The translations under genes and the position numbers were made by a program. DNA of 64,000 bases, from NCBI GenBank assembly GCA_001600815.1, contig BCKZ01000015.1, positions 62,001-126,000 on the forward strand. The letters are read 5' to 3'. The stretch comes from Alloascoidea hylecoeti. Taxonomy: Eukaryota. The notes below the pieces were generated by a model. That model was not told the DNA's origin and ran no database searches. It saw only the letters and a list, made by a program, of their open reading frames with translations. Shown here one piece after another: positions 15,042 through 26,898 of this stretch. Positions within the stretch are counted from its first letter, which is position 1. Each line of letters opens with the position of its first letter.

Positions 15042-16409
15042 ATGCCGTTTTGGCTGATATTACTTCTCATAACATACTTCACTCTTCCAGTAACATGTTA
15101 TATTTTACTGCCAGCTTATATGGAAAGGAGATATAAAGACCCTAGTCGGAAAAAGCGTGCAATCATTCTTGTTTTGGGTGATATTGGAAGGTCTCCACGT
15201 ATGATGTATCACGCAAGATCTTTATCAATGGCTGGAATAAATGTTGATCTTTGTGGTTATGAAGGTGAAAAGGTGATTGATGGATTGTTCGGGAATAAAG
15301 GTGAAGTGAACTTGCACTATATTCCAACTATCAAAACTAAAGAAAATGTTTCTTTTATAATAGGAGCCATTAAAAAGATTATATTACAACATTTTTATTT
15401 ATTTAAATTATTATGGGAGTTAAAAGATGCTGATTATTTGTTAGTTCAAAACCCACCCGCTATACCATTATTAAGTGTTGTTAAGATCTATGTCAATTTC
15501 ATATCTAGAAGAACAAATTTAGTGATTGATTGGCATAATCTTGGTTATACTGTTTTAGGTGTTAAATTAGGAGATATGAATAATAAGATTGTTACTATTG
15601 CAAAAAGATATGAATCATTTTTTGGAAAGTCAGCATATGCCCATTTGACTGTAACTGATACAATGGCTGATTTCTTAAGAGAAGAAATGAATATGAAAAC
15701 GGAAAGAATTATAACATTACACGATAGGCCTGCTGATCAATTCCATTCATTATCTGATTTAGAAATAGCATCAATTATTAAAAAGTTCGAAGATAGTGTA
15801 CTTAAAGATTTCAAACCCGGGATTGATAAAATTGTTGTTACATCGACTTCCTATACTCCCGATGAAAATTTTGGAATATTAATTTCAGCTTTAAAGTTAT
15901 ACGATAAACGAAGTCTTTTACCAAAGTTATTTGTTGTTGTTACAGGTAAAGGTCCTTTGAAAGACGATTTCTTGTCTATGGTTAAAAGTGCATGCTTTAA
16001 AAATGTTTTTGTACGAACTTGTTGGTTAGAAGCTTCCGATTATCCATTAGTTCTGGGATCGGCAGATATTGGTATATCTTTACATGAATCAAGCAGTGGA
16101 ATTGATCTCCCGATGAAGGTAGTTGATATGTTTGGCTGTGGTGTTCCTGTGATTTCCCTTGGATTCAAAGCAATACCTGAACTCGTTAAAGATGGTGGGA
16201 ATGGAACCATCGTTACAAATTATAAAGAGATGTGTCAGTCTCTTGAGATTTTACTTACCGATGAAAAGGCATTAAAGGGAATTAAGCAAGGCGCTTTAAG
16301 AGAAAGTAGATACAGGTGGAATGAAAATTGGTTAAAACAAGTAGGTTCTGTTTTTGGAGTTTATGAGTATATATTTGAGGATGATGATTTGCTATCTGAT
16401 AGTGATTGA
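15042..16409 (+). CDS. ALG1: Chitobiosyldiphosphodolichol beta-mannosyltransferase
   Basis: VLGDIGRSPRMMYHA, LVQNPP, IDWHNLGY, STSYTPDE, LHESSSGIDLPMKVVDMFGCG. Confidence 0.95.
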   Translation: MPFWLILLLITYFTLPVTCYILLPAYMERRYKDPSRKKRAIILVLGDIGRSPRMMYHARSLSMAGINVDLCGYEGEKVIDGLFGNKGEVNLHYIPTIKTKENVSFIIGAIKKIILQHFYLFKLLWELKDADYLLVQNPPAIPLLSVVKIYVNFISRRTNLVIDWHNLGYTVLGVKLGDMNNKIVTIAKRYESFFGKSAYAHLTVTDTMADFLREEMNMKTERIITLHDRPADQFHSLSDLEIASIIKKFEDSVLKDFKPGIDKIVVTSTSYTPDENFGILISALKLYDKRSLLPKLFVVVTGKGPLKDDFLSMVKSACFKNVFVRTCWLEASDYPLVLGSADIGISLHESSSGIDLPMKVVDMFGCGVPVISLGFKAIPELVKDGGNGTIVTNYKEMCQSLEILLTDEKALKGIKQGALRESRYRWNENWLKQVGSVFGVYEYIFEDDDLLSDSD

Positions 16410-16529
16410 TTCTAGCTGTATATATAAAGTATTCATATAATCGTATATTATTATAACAAGTTTGTCTGAAACAGGGACTACATGTATTTACTTATTATAA
16501 TTGATTCCTGTCTGATATTTCATATAACC

Positions 16530-16940
16530 CCAGCTTAGGTCACTTGAAACATTAAATAACCGACCACTTGATATGCTAATAATCGGTCACTTGATGAATA
16601 AATATCGCACTTGCTGAACTGAATATTAGGCCACACGATGCACTTATGTTCGGTCATGGTGAATACCAATTTTCAGCAAACCCCTTAGTTTTTGGCCTAA
16701 TGTGTAATTTTTATGTTACTTGGATCTTTTTTCCGTAAAATAATATTTGCCTTATTTTGTATTGAGCTTGTACTTCTGTTGATAATGATGTATATCCGTT
16801 GCTGAACCTTAGGCTTCAGAGGTATGCGGGTATACTAATTCTACTGAAGTTCGACCATTTCTAGAACTATATATTCGCCTACAAGAGGTATTAATGTTCG
16901 ACCACTTGTTGGACTGAATATTCGGCCACTACTTGTACCC
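16530..16940. repeat. Degenerate internal fragment of the MITE family at 44391-45062, with ~23-bp tandem subrepeats
   Basis: 16670-16825 aligns by eye with 44462-44613 (CCTTAGTTTT..CCTAATGTGT; CTTATTTTGTATYGAGCTTGTACTTCT; TTAGGCTTCARAGGTAT). About 10 degenerate units of TATTCGGCCACTTGATGNACTAA at 16536-16660 and 16848-16932. Confidence 0.7.
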
Positions 16941-17025
16941 TTAAACCTTTAATAGAATAATCCCTATTCTCAATTATTAGTTATCAGGTGTGGAATGTTG
17001 CATATTTATTTAAAAAATATTTAAG

Positions 17026-18466
17026 TTAATATCTATTATTGATTATTGCGATTATATTTTCTAAATATTCATCTTTATCATTCCCATTTTTCATTCTACT
17101 AACTTCGGCACTCCAAAAAGTATACCCATCATTTTTATATTCATCAAAATTTTCATGATCAGGAATCATTTCCCATTCATTTTCAAACAATTCTCTATTA
17201 GATTCTTTATATCCTGTTAATAAAGCTGTAATATATGACCAACATTTTGAAGTTTCTGTATGATTATAACCACCCCCACCTAAACATAAAGTTGGTTTAC
17301 CCAATTCTATGATTTTATTGACGACCTTTCCGATCCCTTTAATACTTAAATTCCATTCTTTATGTTCATCACTTGATAAACCATCAGAACCACATTGCAA
17401 CACAATAGCATCTGGTTTAAATTCATTAAACCTTTTTAAAATAATTTCTTCATATATTGTTAATAAATTTTCATCATTGAATCCTTTCCTTGTAGGTATA
17501 TTAATAGCAAAGTTTTTCCCCATTCCAATTCCCTTATCATCGACTGAACCAGTTCCCGGGAAAAATCCAATATCATATCTATGAATTGATATTGTGAAGA
17601 CTTTATTTGAAAATTGAAATGCGGTTTCGACCCCATCTCCATGATGAAGATCTAAATCAATATACATCACTTTTGTAAATGTTTTCCTCAATCTGTAAAT
17701 ATATGTTAGTTATTATATACAAGCGATCGGAATATTAGCATGAAACTCACTCTAGTATTCCTAATACAATATCATTAGCATAGCAAAATCCAGAAGCTTT
17801 TGCTCTTTTCGCATGATGTCTTCCACCATTCCAGTTGATAGCAACAAGAGTTGAGGTTTTCTCATCAATATTATCACCCTTGTTATTGCTCTGTTCGAGG
17901 TTAATCTTATATTGACGCGTTAGAAATTTAGCACATGAAATGGTAGCACCGCATATAATTCTAACATAGCTACTCATATAAGGGAAGACAGGACAATCAA
18001 ATTTTAAGCCGAACTTTTCATCAAATGATTGATTAATAACTGGTTTATTTTCAAGCTCATCATCTGTATCATTAGAAGAATCAGATGAAAATTCTTCATC
18101 ACTTGATAATTCATCATCTTTTACAACATCATCCAATCGATTCAATATATCCAGTGCATGATTTAATTGTGGGTTTAGTTCACCTCCATTCATTCCTTCA
18201 TCATCGGTTGTAGATCTTCTTTTCATTAAATATTTTATAAATGCTTTATCATGAAATTTCGAAAGTTCTGAATTTGTACTTGGTTTGACAGTAATATTAA
18301 TACAACGCGTCTTTAAATCAAGAGCAGTTATTAAAGAATCAACCAAAGATGAACGATATTCATTTGCAGGTAATAAATCGCATATCTTAGAAATTATTGG
18401 ACCTCCAGCATATCCGACGATAGATTTTGTATTTTGCTGGTGTTGTTTTTCTGATGATGCAATCAT
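17026..18466 (-). CDS. HOS1: Class I histone deacetylase, HOS1-like; 2 exons (18466-17751, 17692-17026)
   Basis: Intron 17693-17750 (GTGAGT..ACTAAC..CAG) fuses two ORFs. DCPVF, GGRHHAK..ASGFCYAND, YIDLDLHHGDGVE, GFFPGTG, LGGGGYN; no Rpd3-type C-terminal tail. Confidence 0.75.
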
Positions 18467-18596
18467 TTGTTAATTTGTTTGTGGTGAAGGAAAATCACGC
18501 GCTCAAGCAGAACACAAATAGAAAAAATGTTTTAAAATTTTGATTATAATGATTTTTATATCTTAGTTCAGATTTCTATGGAAATCTAGCTATATT

Positions 18597-19552
18597 CTAT
18601 AAATTAAGAGCAACTTCAGCCCAGGTAGGTAACACAAAACTAGCTTCATGAATCTCCTTATTATAATACTTCAAAAAACTTTTTTCTTCCTCTGGAGTCC
18701 ATGATCTCAACGGTTTCCTTACATTAACGTTTGGATCTTTAGAACAAACCATAAACCCAATTTGACCAGATGGATAGGTTGGGATGGTTGTATAAGCATA
18801 TTCAACGGTTGGAAAAACTTTAGAACATGCCTTCTTTAAATCTTTAATGATAGGCATATGTAACCAAATATTTTCAGCTTGGGTTGTAATAACACCTTTT
18901 TCAGTAAGAGCAGCGTTTAATAATTCAAAATAAGGCTGTTGGAATAAACTTTCAGCAGGGCCTTCAGGATCTGAAGAGTCAGTGATAATGACATCAAAAG
19001 TATTTTTATATTCAGCTAAGAATTTAAAACCATCACCAATATGAGTTTTAACTTTTGGATGTTGGAAACCAACCGCCATTGATGGCATATATTTTTTGGA
19101 CACTCTAATAACCGCTTCATCGATATCACAAAGTATTGCTTCCTCAACACAAGTGTGCTTCACAACTTCTCTTAAAACACCACCATCACCACCACCAATG
19201 ACAAGAACCTTTTTGGGATTAGGATGAGAGTTCAAAGCCAAATGAGCAATCATTTCTTGATATGAAAATTCATCTCTTTCGGTTGCTTGAATAACACCAT
19301 CTAAAACCAAAACGTTACCATAATCAGTTGATTCAAAGACAAGGACATCTTGATATAATGATTTCTCAACATGAAGAACTTGATTAACACGAATTGTCAT
19401 TGCTTGGCCAGGCCACATGGTATTAGAGATCTCTCTAAACCAACCATCTTCATATATTCCAATTAGTCACATTTCACAACAATTGCTATGGATTAATATA
19501 TAAACCTCTATATTATCATACCTTTAATTGAAGGGTGAGTTAATTCAGTCAT
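18597..19552 (-). CDS. SPE3: Spermidine synthase; 2 exons (19552-19522, 19447-18597)
   Basis: Intron 19448-19521 (GTATGA..GACTAAT..AAG) gives [56 protein letters not shown]. Confidence 0.95.
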
Positions 19553-19743
19553 GATATACAGTTCTTTGTGATTTCTAATTGAAAATCAATATAATTGAGA
19601 ATGAAATTGAAATTTGTAAAAATTTAAATAAATCATTTTGATATATGGCAGGGTAACTAAACTAATCTAAATCTGTCAGAAACTTTAAATATTCATATGT
19701 AAATGTCTAAATCTAAAGATAATGAAATTTGAAAAAAGTGGAT

Positions 19744-20653
19744 TTAAAGATATTTAGAGACCTCAATTCCTGCTGCAATGTTTTGAACTCGGGCATCAAG
19801 TTTGAATCCATTGGCATGGAATTCGGCGATTTTTGAAGGGAGGTCTTTCAAGGGAACTGGGATCAACATAGGTTAGGACTAATAATTATAATAGGTACCT
19901 CTCAAATTTTTTTTTTAACATACCAGTGAAAGTTTCAATGAATTCTTCGGGTTCAAGTTTTGGAACAGGATTTTGATTTCTTGGATCTTTCAAGTCTACC
20001 GTCACAGTAACCAATGATAAATTGGTGTTACAGAACCCTTCCAATCATATTAGTTGTTAATAATAATACATAAAAGTCTCGAATGTCAAACGTACCTGGA
20101 TCATTGAATATCGGAGGGCTTGAGCTTACGACGCTACCATAATATCCTGTTTCCTCAATCAATTCACGCAATGCACATTCCTCCAATGATTCCCTAGGGT
20201 CTAATAAACCAGCAGGAATCTCGATGCATACCCCATTAATTGGAGCCCTATATTGTCTTTGAAGAACGATTTCTGTTCCTTCTGGTTTATGAATAAGAGC
20301 TATAATTCCAACACCGTCACATTCGGCGCCCTTGACACGGGTTTTCCTAGATGCCGATTCCCAAGTACGGGCTTGAGTTGCCCCAATGTTAATCACACGC
20401 AAACCATTTATAATGACTGTTGAGTTGAAATCATACCAGTTCCCTCTGGATCAACGTAGTGTAAAATGTTTAACTGTCAATTAGCAGCTATATCGTATTA
20501 AAAGATAATGACCACGCATACCTGGACCCATTTAGCATCCGAAGAATCCTACATTTCTCATAATTAGAACCGCATACAATGATAAACAAAATAACAGTAA
20601 AAACACACCAATTCTTCTTCTTTTGTTATTTTTGCCTTTCTTAAATCTACCAT
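19744..20653 (-). CDS. YSA1: ADP-ribose pyrophosphatase (Nudix); 6 exons (20653-20609, 20548-20522, 20473-20437, 20371-20096, 20037-19924, 19856-19744)
   Basis: Five introns (20549-20608, 20474-20521, 20372-20436, 20038-20095, 19857-19923) restore DAKWVQL..YVDPEGTARTWES, Nudix box PAGLLD..EECALRELIEETGY, DPGFCNTN and KLDARVQNIA. Confidence 0.9.
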
Positions 20654-20728
20654 CGTTGAAATTGGAGGTGAATCTCTTTATAAGGAGAAATATATTATAT
20701 TGGCTTAGAGAGTCTAACACAAGTATGG

Positions 20729-20738
20729 ATCACGTGAT
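20729..20738. promoter_or_regulatory. Palindromic E-box ATCACGTGAT (Cbf1/Tye7-type) in the 132-bp YSA1-SUS1 divergent promoter
   Basis: Perfect 10-bp palindrome between two divergent ATGs. CACGTGA also occurs at 14941 and 53397 upstream of ALG1 and the RGD1-like gene. Confidence 0.5.
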
Positions 20739-20785
20739 GTGTTTTATATGGCGCCAATTGTTACCTCTTTCACCTTTAACTTTTA

Positions 20786-21204
20786 ATGTCCGATGGAAAT
20801 AATTTGGCTCTAAGGGCCAAAATTCACGATAAGTTGATCGAGTCTGGTGAATACGATAGGTAAATTAATATTTTAAATCCTAAGTCTGTTAGGGCACTTT
20901 ATTAATAATCTTTTGATAAGAGTATCATCATTTCTTAGACAAAGGTTGCAGGCTTCAGGGTGGTACGATGAGGTGAAGGAACTTGCAACTAATCAAATCA
21001 TGAATGAAGAAGAACCAAATTTTCAGCGAACATCAAGGAGAATCGAGCCAAAGGCACTAGGTATGCAGAATGTCAATGTGAAATGTATATTTTTGATGAT
21101 TATTGTCTCTAATTAGAAGAATGTTATTAGCTATGGTCCCTGATGAAGTTAAACTTGAAGCCCTTAAAATGATCAAAAAATTCTTGGAAGAAACTACGGA
21201 ATGA
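20786..21204 (+). CDS. SUS1: SAGA/TREX-2 subunit Sus1 (ENY2); 3 exons (20786-20859, 20921-21060, 21131-21204)
   Basis: Introns 20860-20920 (GTAAAT..TATTAAT..AAG) and 21061-21130 (GTATGC..CTAAT..TAG) give LRAKIHDKLIESGEYDRVSSFLRQRLQASGWYDEVK..IEPKALAMVPDEVK..IKKFLE. Confidence 0.9.
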
Positions 21205-21729
21205 AATCATCATGGATTATAACCACAACATAATGTTACTACCTCGTATCTGGTTAATATATACCAACGTTATTTGTTGATGTTATAATCTTCATGGGTC
21301 AAATCATTAAATAAATGCTGTTAATACATTATCATTCTCTATAATTTATAACAAATATTATTTAATACACTGTATGATAATGAAATGTGTAAGATATATC
21401 CATATTTGTTTCAAAACTTAATCATGAAAAATTTTCTTTTTGAATTTCAGTGTAGAAACTAATGCTAAAAGAATACAATATTAATGTAAAACAAATTTGT
21501 AATAATTAACAACATTAAACAACAAATATAACCATTTTAAATATTCAAAATTTCCTTGACTAATAAAAAATAAACTTTAATAAATAAAAAAATAAAAAAA
21601 AAAGAGAAAGAAAATAAAGATGTCAAAATAAATAAAATAAAATAGTAATAACAATAAAATATAAATTTTTAGTTGTAGTAATATATAAAAAATCCAGTTT
21701 TATTATTTCAAGCTTAGTGATCAGTTTAA

Positions 21730-23373
21730 TTAATCTGATTTTATACCAGAAACCATTGCCGCAATAGCAAAACTAAATAATGATCCACCAGTTAATCCTA
21801 AATTCAAAAAGAAAGTCGTAAAACTCCCAGCCGCTTTTTTTTCATCTTCTTCAACAACGTCCCCAACTTTCATAAAAGCACTACTACATAAATGACCATT
21901 TGTAAAACCATAAACGAATTGTAGAAGTAAATAAATAATATCACTTGGAATTAAACAGTTTCTATCATGTGTATAATTGAACAGGAAAAAAATCGGTATT
22001 AATATTGCTCTAAAAATTGAGTATAAAACCATTTTATCAGTTGATTCAACTAAAAAAAAATTAAAAGAGCATACTAATCGACCTATTAAATCACCAGTGT
22101 TCCATTCAAGATATGCAATTGGGATGAAAAGTTCAGGTGTTGTTAATAATGAACCTAAATCTTCATTTACTGAATAAATAGATGACGCAAAGACAGGAAA
22201 TGCTAAAGAAAAACAAAACACAAAGAAAATAGAGGTTGCAATTTTATCCAATTTTTTCCAAAGAGTTCTAAAAGGAACATAATTTTCAAGGTTTTCTATA
22301 GAATTCCCCAGTTGAAAGGGATTATTAAAGACAGAATTGTTATCATTATTAGCATTTAAGCCATAACCATGTTCCAATTTCTTAATTAAAGCACCAAAAA
22401 GAGCTAATGAAATAAAAGATATTATGGTAGCGGTAAAGAAATAGAGCATAACACCTGGATCGATATTTAAGTCCGGTGGACCATGCGGAGGAGGGCCATG
22501 TCTATGACCCACGTCCCGAGGAGAAGGAGGAGGAGCAGGATATGGGGGTGAGCCAGGTGGTGGAGGAGGAGGGCCATGAGAAAATACAAGCATTGATAAT
22601 ATTAGTGCGAATGAAGGTAAGACACCTGCAACGGCTTGGCCTACCATTACGGCTTGCGCATACGCAGGGCCAAAGAGATTTACTATAGCCATTATACCAT
22701 TTTGAATAAGACAAGTCCCAATGGCAGATATAAAAACAGCAATTATGACAAATATAAAATAGATTGTAGAAGGTGTTGAGGTGAACCAAACGCAAGAAAG
22801 CCCTAAAATTGCAAAAACCACAATGTTGATTACGAGGCCTGTCACCACACGTTTGTGATAAAGGGTCCCTACCTGGCGCCTTGCCAGTATGAAAGTATAA
22901 ACCAAAGAGGTTGCTGTGCTGATCAACATGAAGTAGCTGAAATAATTGTCACGTAAATACTTGTTCTCCTTAAAACGGGACGCAAAGAAGTGCGAAACTG
23001 ACAACAAGCAATTCCAGGGCCAAAGCATTGCGACCCCAGCGATGAGAAAAGTTGAATATGTCAGTTTTGGAATAGAAGGGTCAAAATGGGCACGTTTATG
23101 GTTTCGAGGAGTCATTTCCCCAGATCGACCCCCGGGAGTTGCTACAAAAAGAACATTTTGTCTTGAAGATTCGGAACGAAGGTCTGTACTTGGTCTGGTC
23201 AAAATGATTGAAGGTTGCGATTGGGGTTCCAAAGAATCCAATTCCAGAGATACCCGTTCTCCAGAAAAACCCGTGGGATCCATACTTCCCTCATCGCCGC
23301 TCTGATGGCCCTCATCCACAGGGAGATATCCCCTGCGAGAGGGCGATTTTCTTCTCAACGACAAAGCACCCAT
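21730..23373 (-). CDS. FUN26: Equilibrative nucleoside transporter
   Basis: GVAMLWPWNC, QAVMVGQAVAGVLPS, WNTGDLIGR, GFTNGH, GLTGGS; about 11 TM segments. Confidence 0.9.
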   Translation of the reverse strand: MGALSLRRKSPSRRGYLPVDEGHQSGDEGSMDPTGFSGERVSLELDSLEPQSQPSIILTRPSTDLRSESSRQNVLFVATPGGRSGEMTPRNHKRAHFDPSIPKLTYSTFLIAGVAMLWPWNCLLSVSHFFASRFKENKYLRDNYFSYFMLISTATSLVYTFILARRQVGTLYHKRVVTGLVINIVVFAILGLSCVWFTSTPSTIYFIFVIIAVFISAIGTCLIQNGIMAIVNLFGPAYAQAVMVGQAVAGVLPSFALILSMLVFSHGPPPPPPGSPPYPAPPPSPRDVGHRHGPPPHGPPDLNIDPGVMLYFFTATIISFISLALFGALIKKLEHGYGLNANNDNNSVFNNPFQLGNSIENLENYVPFRTLWKKLDKIATSIFFVFCFSLAFPVFASSIYSVNEDLGSLLTTPELFIPIAYLEWNTGDLIGRLVCSFNFFLVESTDKMVLYSIFRAILIPIFFLFNYTHDRNCLIPSDIIYLLLQFVYGFTNGHLCSSAFMKVGDVVEEDEKKAAGSFTTFFLNLGLTGGSLFSFAIAAMVSGIKSD

Positions 23374-23562
23374 ATATGTTGTATTAGGTATTTTGAATTT
23401 TGTCCTTTCGTATATGAAAGGAATATTTAAGCCTTCTTTTATTATCTACCACCCCGGACATTGCTGCCTGAAACTTCCGGGATTTGTGACAATTAAGGAC
23501 AGCGTGTGCTGCTGGAAAACTATCTTTTTGTTCTCTTCTCCAACACTTCTAATACTAACAAA

Positions 23563-25982
23563 ATGGCCTCTGTCGCGTCTGCCTCGGGTGTAGAAAAGCG
23601 TGCTCCCAGAAACAGAAAGAACAAGAAGGAACAGTCTCCAGAACCTGTCAAAGAATCTGTCAAGGAACCTCCTGTGGAATTGTCTGAACCATCTCCAGCA
23701 ACACCAGAAGAGGATACACCTGTTAAAGAATCAAAAGTATGTTATTTCCTGAAACTTGTCATTTGTGAGTTCCTCTGCTTTTCTTTGCAATTGGGTCACT
23801 AATGTATTTTTTTATGTTCTATAGTGGTTGAAAGTTGAGGCCATTGTTGCTCCAATCGTTTTTACAGTGGTTGCTATTTTTACACGTCTATACCGCATCG
23901 GCATCAGTGACCTCGTCACTTGGGATGAAGCCCAGTAAGTAATCATTTTTGGAGATATTCATATGAATATTCATATAGCCATGTTACTGACACTTGCCTT
24001 CTTTTAGTTTTGGTAAATTTGGATCCTACTATCTGAAACATGAATTTTATCACGATGTTCATCCACCTCTTGGTAAAATGTTAGTAGGTCTTTCCGGTTA
24101 TTTGGCTGGTTATAACGGTTCTTTTTCTTTCGAATCTGGACAGCATTATCCTCCAGAAGTTGATTATGTTAAGATGAGAATGTTCAATGCTATGTTCAAC
24201 TTCTTATGTGTTCCTGCTGCTTATTTCACTGCAAAAGAATTACACTTATCCCTCCCCGCAGTTTGGCTTTTAACTTTATGCGTATTGTTTGAAAATTCTT
24301 ATGTTACTTTAGGTAGACTTATTCTATTGGATTCAATGCTATTGTTATTCACTGTTACAACTTTTTTTGCCTTTGTTAAATTTCATAATCATCAAGATCG
24401 TCCATTTTCACGTAAATGGTGGAAATGGTTATTATTAACCGGTATTTCAATTGGTTGTGTTACAAGTGTTAAAATGGTTGGTTTATTTATTACTTCTTTG
24501 GTTGGTCTTTATACTGCTATTGATCTTTGGAATAAATTCGCTGACAAGTCTATTTCAATTAAAACTTATATTGCTCATTGGGTATCAAGAATTTTTGGTT
24601 TGATTGTTGTTCCTATTTTCATATTTGCTTTATGTTTTAAAGTTCATTTTGATTTATTATATCACTCTGGTCCTGGAGATGCCACAATGAATTCATTGTT
24701 TCAAGCAAACTTGGTTGGTTCAGATATCACTAGCGGTGCTAGAGATGTTGTGTTTGGTTCTGTTGTTACTATTAAAAATCAAGCTTCTGGCACTGGTTTA
24801 TTACATTCTCATGTTCAAACATACCCAGATGGATCTAAACAAAATCAAGTCACTACTTATGGTCATAAGGATTCAAACAATCAATGGATCTTTGAACATG
24901 AAAGAGGTGTTGATTTCTACACTGTTAATGAACCACTTACTCCAATTTCCGATAAAGCAGTTGTTCGATTTACTCATCAAAACACTGGTAGAAATTTACA
25001 TACTCATGACATTGCTGCCCCAGTTTCAAAAGCTGAACAGGAAGTTAGTGGTTACGGTAATTTAACAATCGGTGATGAAAAAGATAATTGGATTATTGAA
25101 ATTGTTTCAAATATCGGTGATGAAGATTCATCTATTTTACATCCTTTAACATCTGCTTTTAGAATTAAATCTGCTGTTTATAATTGTTATCTTGCAACCT
25201 CAGGATCTCAACTACCTCAATGGGGTTTCAGACAAGGTGAAGTTGTATGTAAAAAAAATCCATTCAAACGTGATAAATCAACGTGGTGGAATATTGAATT
25301 ACATGAAAATGATAGGTTAGAAGCAGGAGAAATTAAATTACCAAAAACTTCTTTCATCAAAGATTTTATTGAATTAAATTTAGCAATGATGATGACAAAT
25401 AATGCTTTAGTCCCAGATCCTGAAAAGCAAGATGATTTAGCTTCTGCATTTTGGCAATGGCCAACATTAAATGTTGGTATTAGACTTTGTGGTTGGAGTG
25501 ATGAAAATGTAAAATATTTCTTACTTGGTTCACCAGCTGTTACTTGGCTTTCATCTATTTTTTTGATTGTTTTCGTTATTACTACATTAACTTATATTTT
25601 ACGTTGGAAACGACAATATAATGATTTTGCAGATTCACAAAAGTTAGATAAATTCTTAATGGGTGGTGTTTATCCATTTATTGGTTGGGTTTTACATTTC
25701 TTACCATTTGTTATAATGGCAAGAATTACTTATGTTCATCATTATTTACCAGCTTTATATTTTGCAATGATTATTTTTTCATTTACTGTTGATTTTTTCA
25801 CATCTGGTATGGTTTGCACAAAAACTTGTAAAGCTGTTAGATTATCAATTTTTGCAATTTTATACACTTTGATTATTGGAGTATTTGTCTATTTTGCTCC
25901 AATAAGTTTTGGTATGACTGGTCCTGCTAGTCAATATGCTTATCTAAATTGGTTCAGTACGTGGAGAGTTATAGATCCTTAA
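23563..25982 (+). CDS. PMT2: Dolichyl-phosphate-mannose protein O-mannosyltransferase, PMT2 subfamily; 3 exons (23563-23736, 23825-23934, 24008-25982)
   Basis: Introns 23737-23824 and 23935-24007 restore [28 protein letters not shown] repeats (LHSH, LHTH), [22 protein letters not shown]. Confidence 0.93.
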
Positions 25983-26898
25983 ATTTGATCAAAAAAATAA
26001 TGAAAATTTCTTATCATGTTTTTTATAATCAAGAACAACTACTAGTTTTATAAATTATATGAAATGATATCAATGGTATATAATTATGCCTAAAACATTC
26101 CCAAATAACCAATAAACAAACCGTTTATCCCCTGTAGATAATATAAATTATTTTTAAATCATTATTTTGTTTTATGTGTATCAATTTTGTTTAAAGTTTT
26201 TTATTATTTTCTTACTTTATTTCAATCAACTTGTGTTCACAATATTTTTTAACCATCTTAAGCTTGTTTTTAAAATATATTCTGAAGGAAATTTTGGTTA
26301 ATACGTTAGTGTAATTATTATGATTATTATTTATAAGTTATAAGTGAGTTGAAGAAAATTGTATTTATCCATGTTGTAGAATCATTTCACTAAATTTAGG
26401 CCATTTCCATAACCAATTTTCGACCACATTATTAATGGTATGACCCAGATTCGTTAATATGCAGGAATCTGGACCAACTTCTGGCGTTAAACTCTGCTGA
26501 AAATTAGATATGAAGATGGGCGATAGTTATTATTATGGCATACCAACTTGTCGTACAGCATAATTGGATTATTGTTAGAACGATCAAATAGCCAACTAAC
26601 AATTTTTCAATACAAATTGCTGCGCTCTTTTTTTTCTTGTAATGTAACACTTAGCATACGTTATTTGATGCTACAAATGCGTGAGCAAAACTACACGACG
26701 AATTACGTCGTAACGTTATCGTCCTGATATATATATATGTGTCGTTGTCTAATAAATATCCATGGTGGTGCCAATTGTTATGTGGTTGTGTACGAATTAT
26801 TTTCAAATAGAATGTGAATTTTAAATTTGATAGATGTAGGGATGTATCATCGTGAAAACCCAAAAAAGTAAACAAAACATGTAATATTAATCTATTAA

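Noticed and set aside
16536..16932. Regularly spaced short repeats resembling a CRISPR array
   Set aside because: Eukaryotic context, degenerate tandem units without unique spacers, no cas genes; explained as MITE subrepeats.
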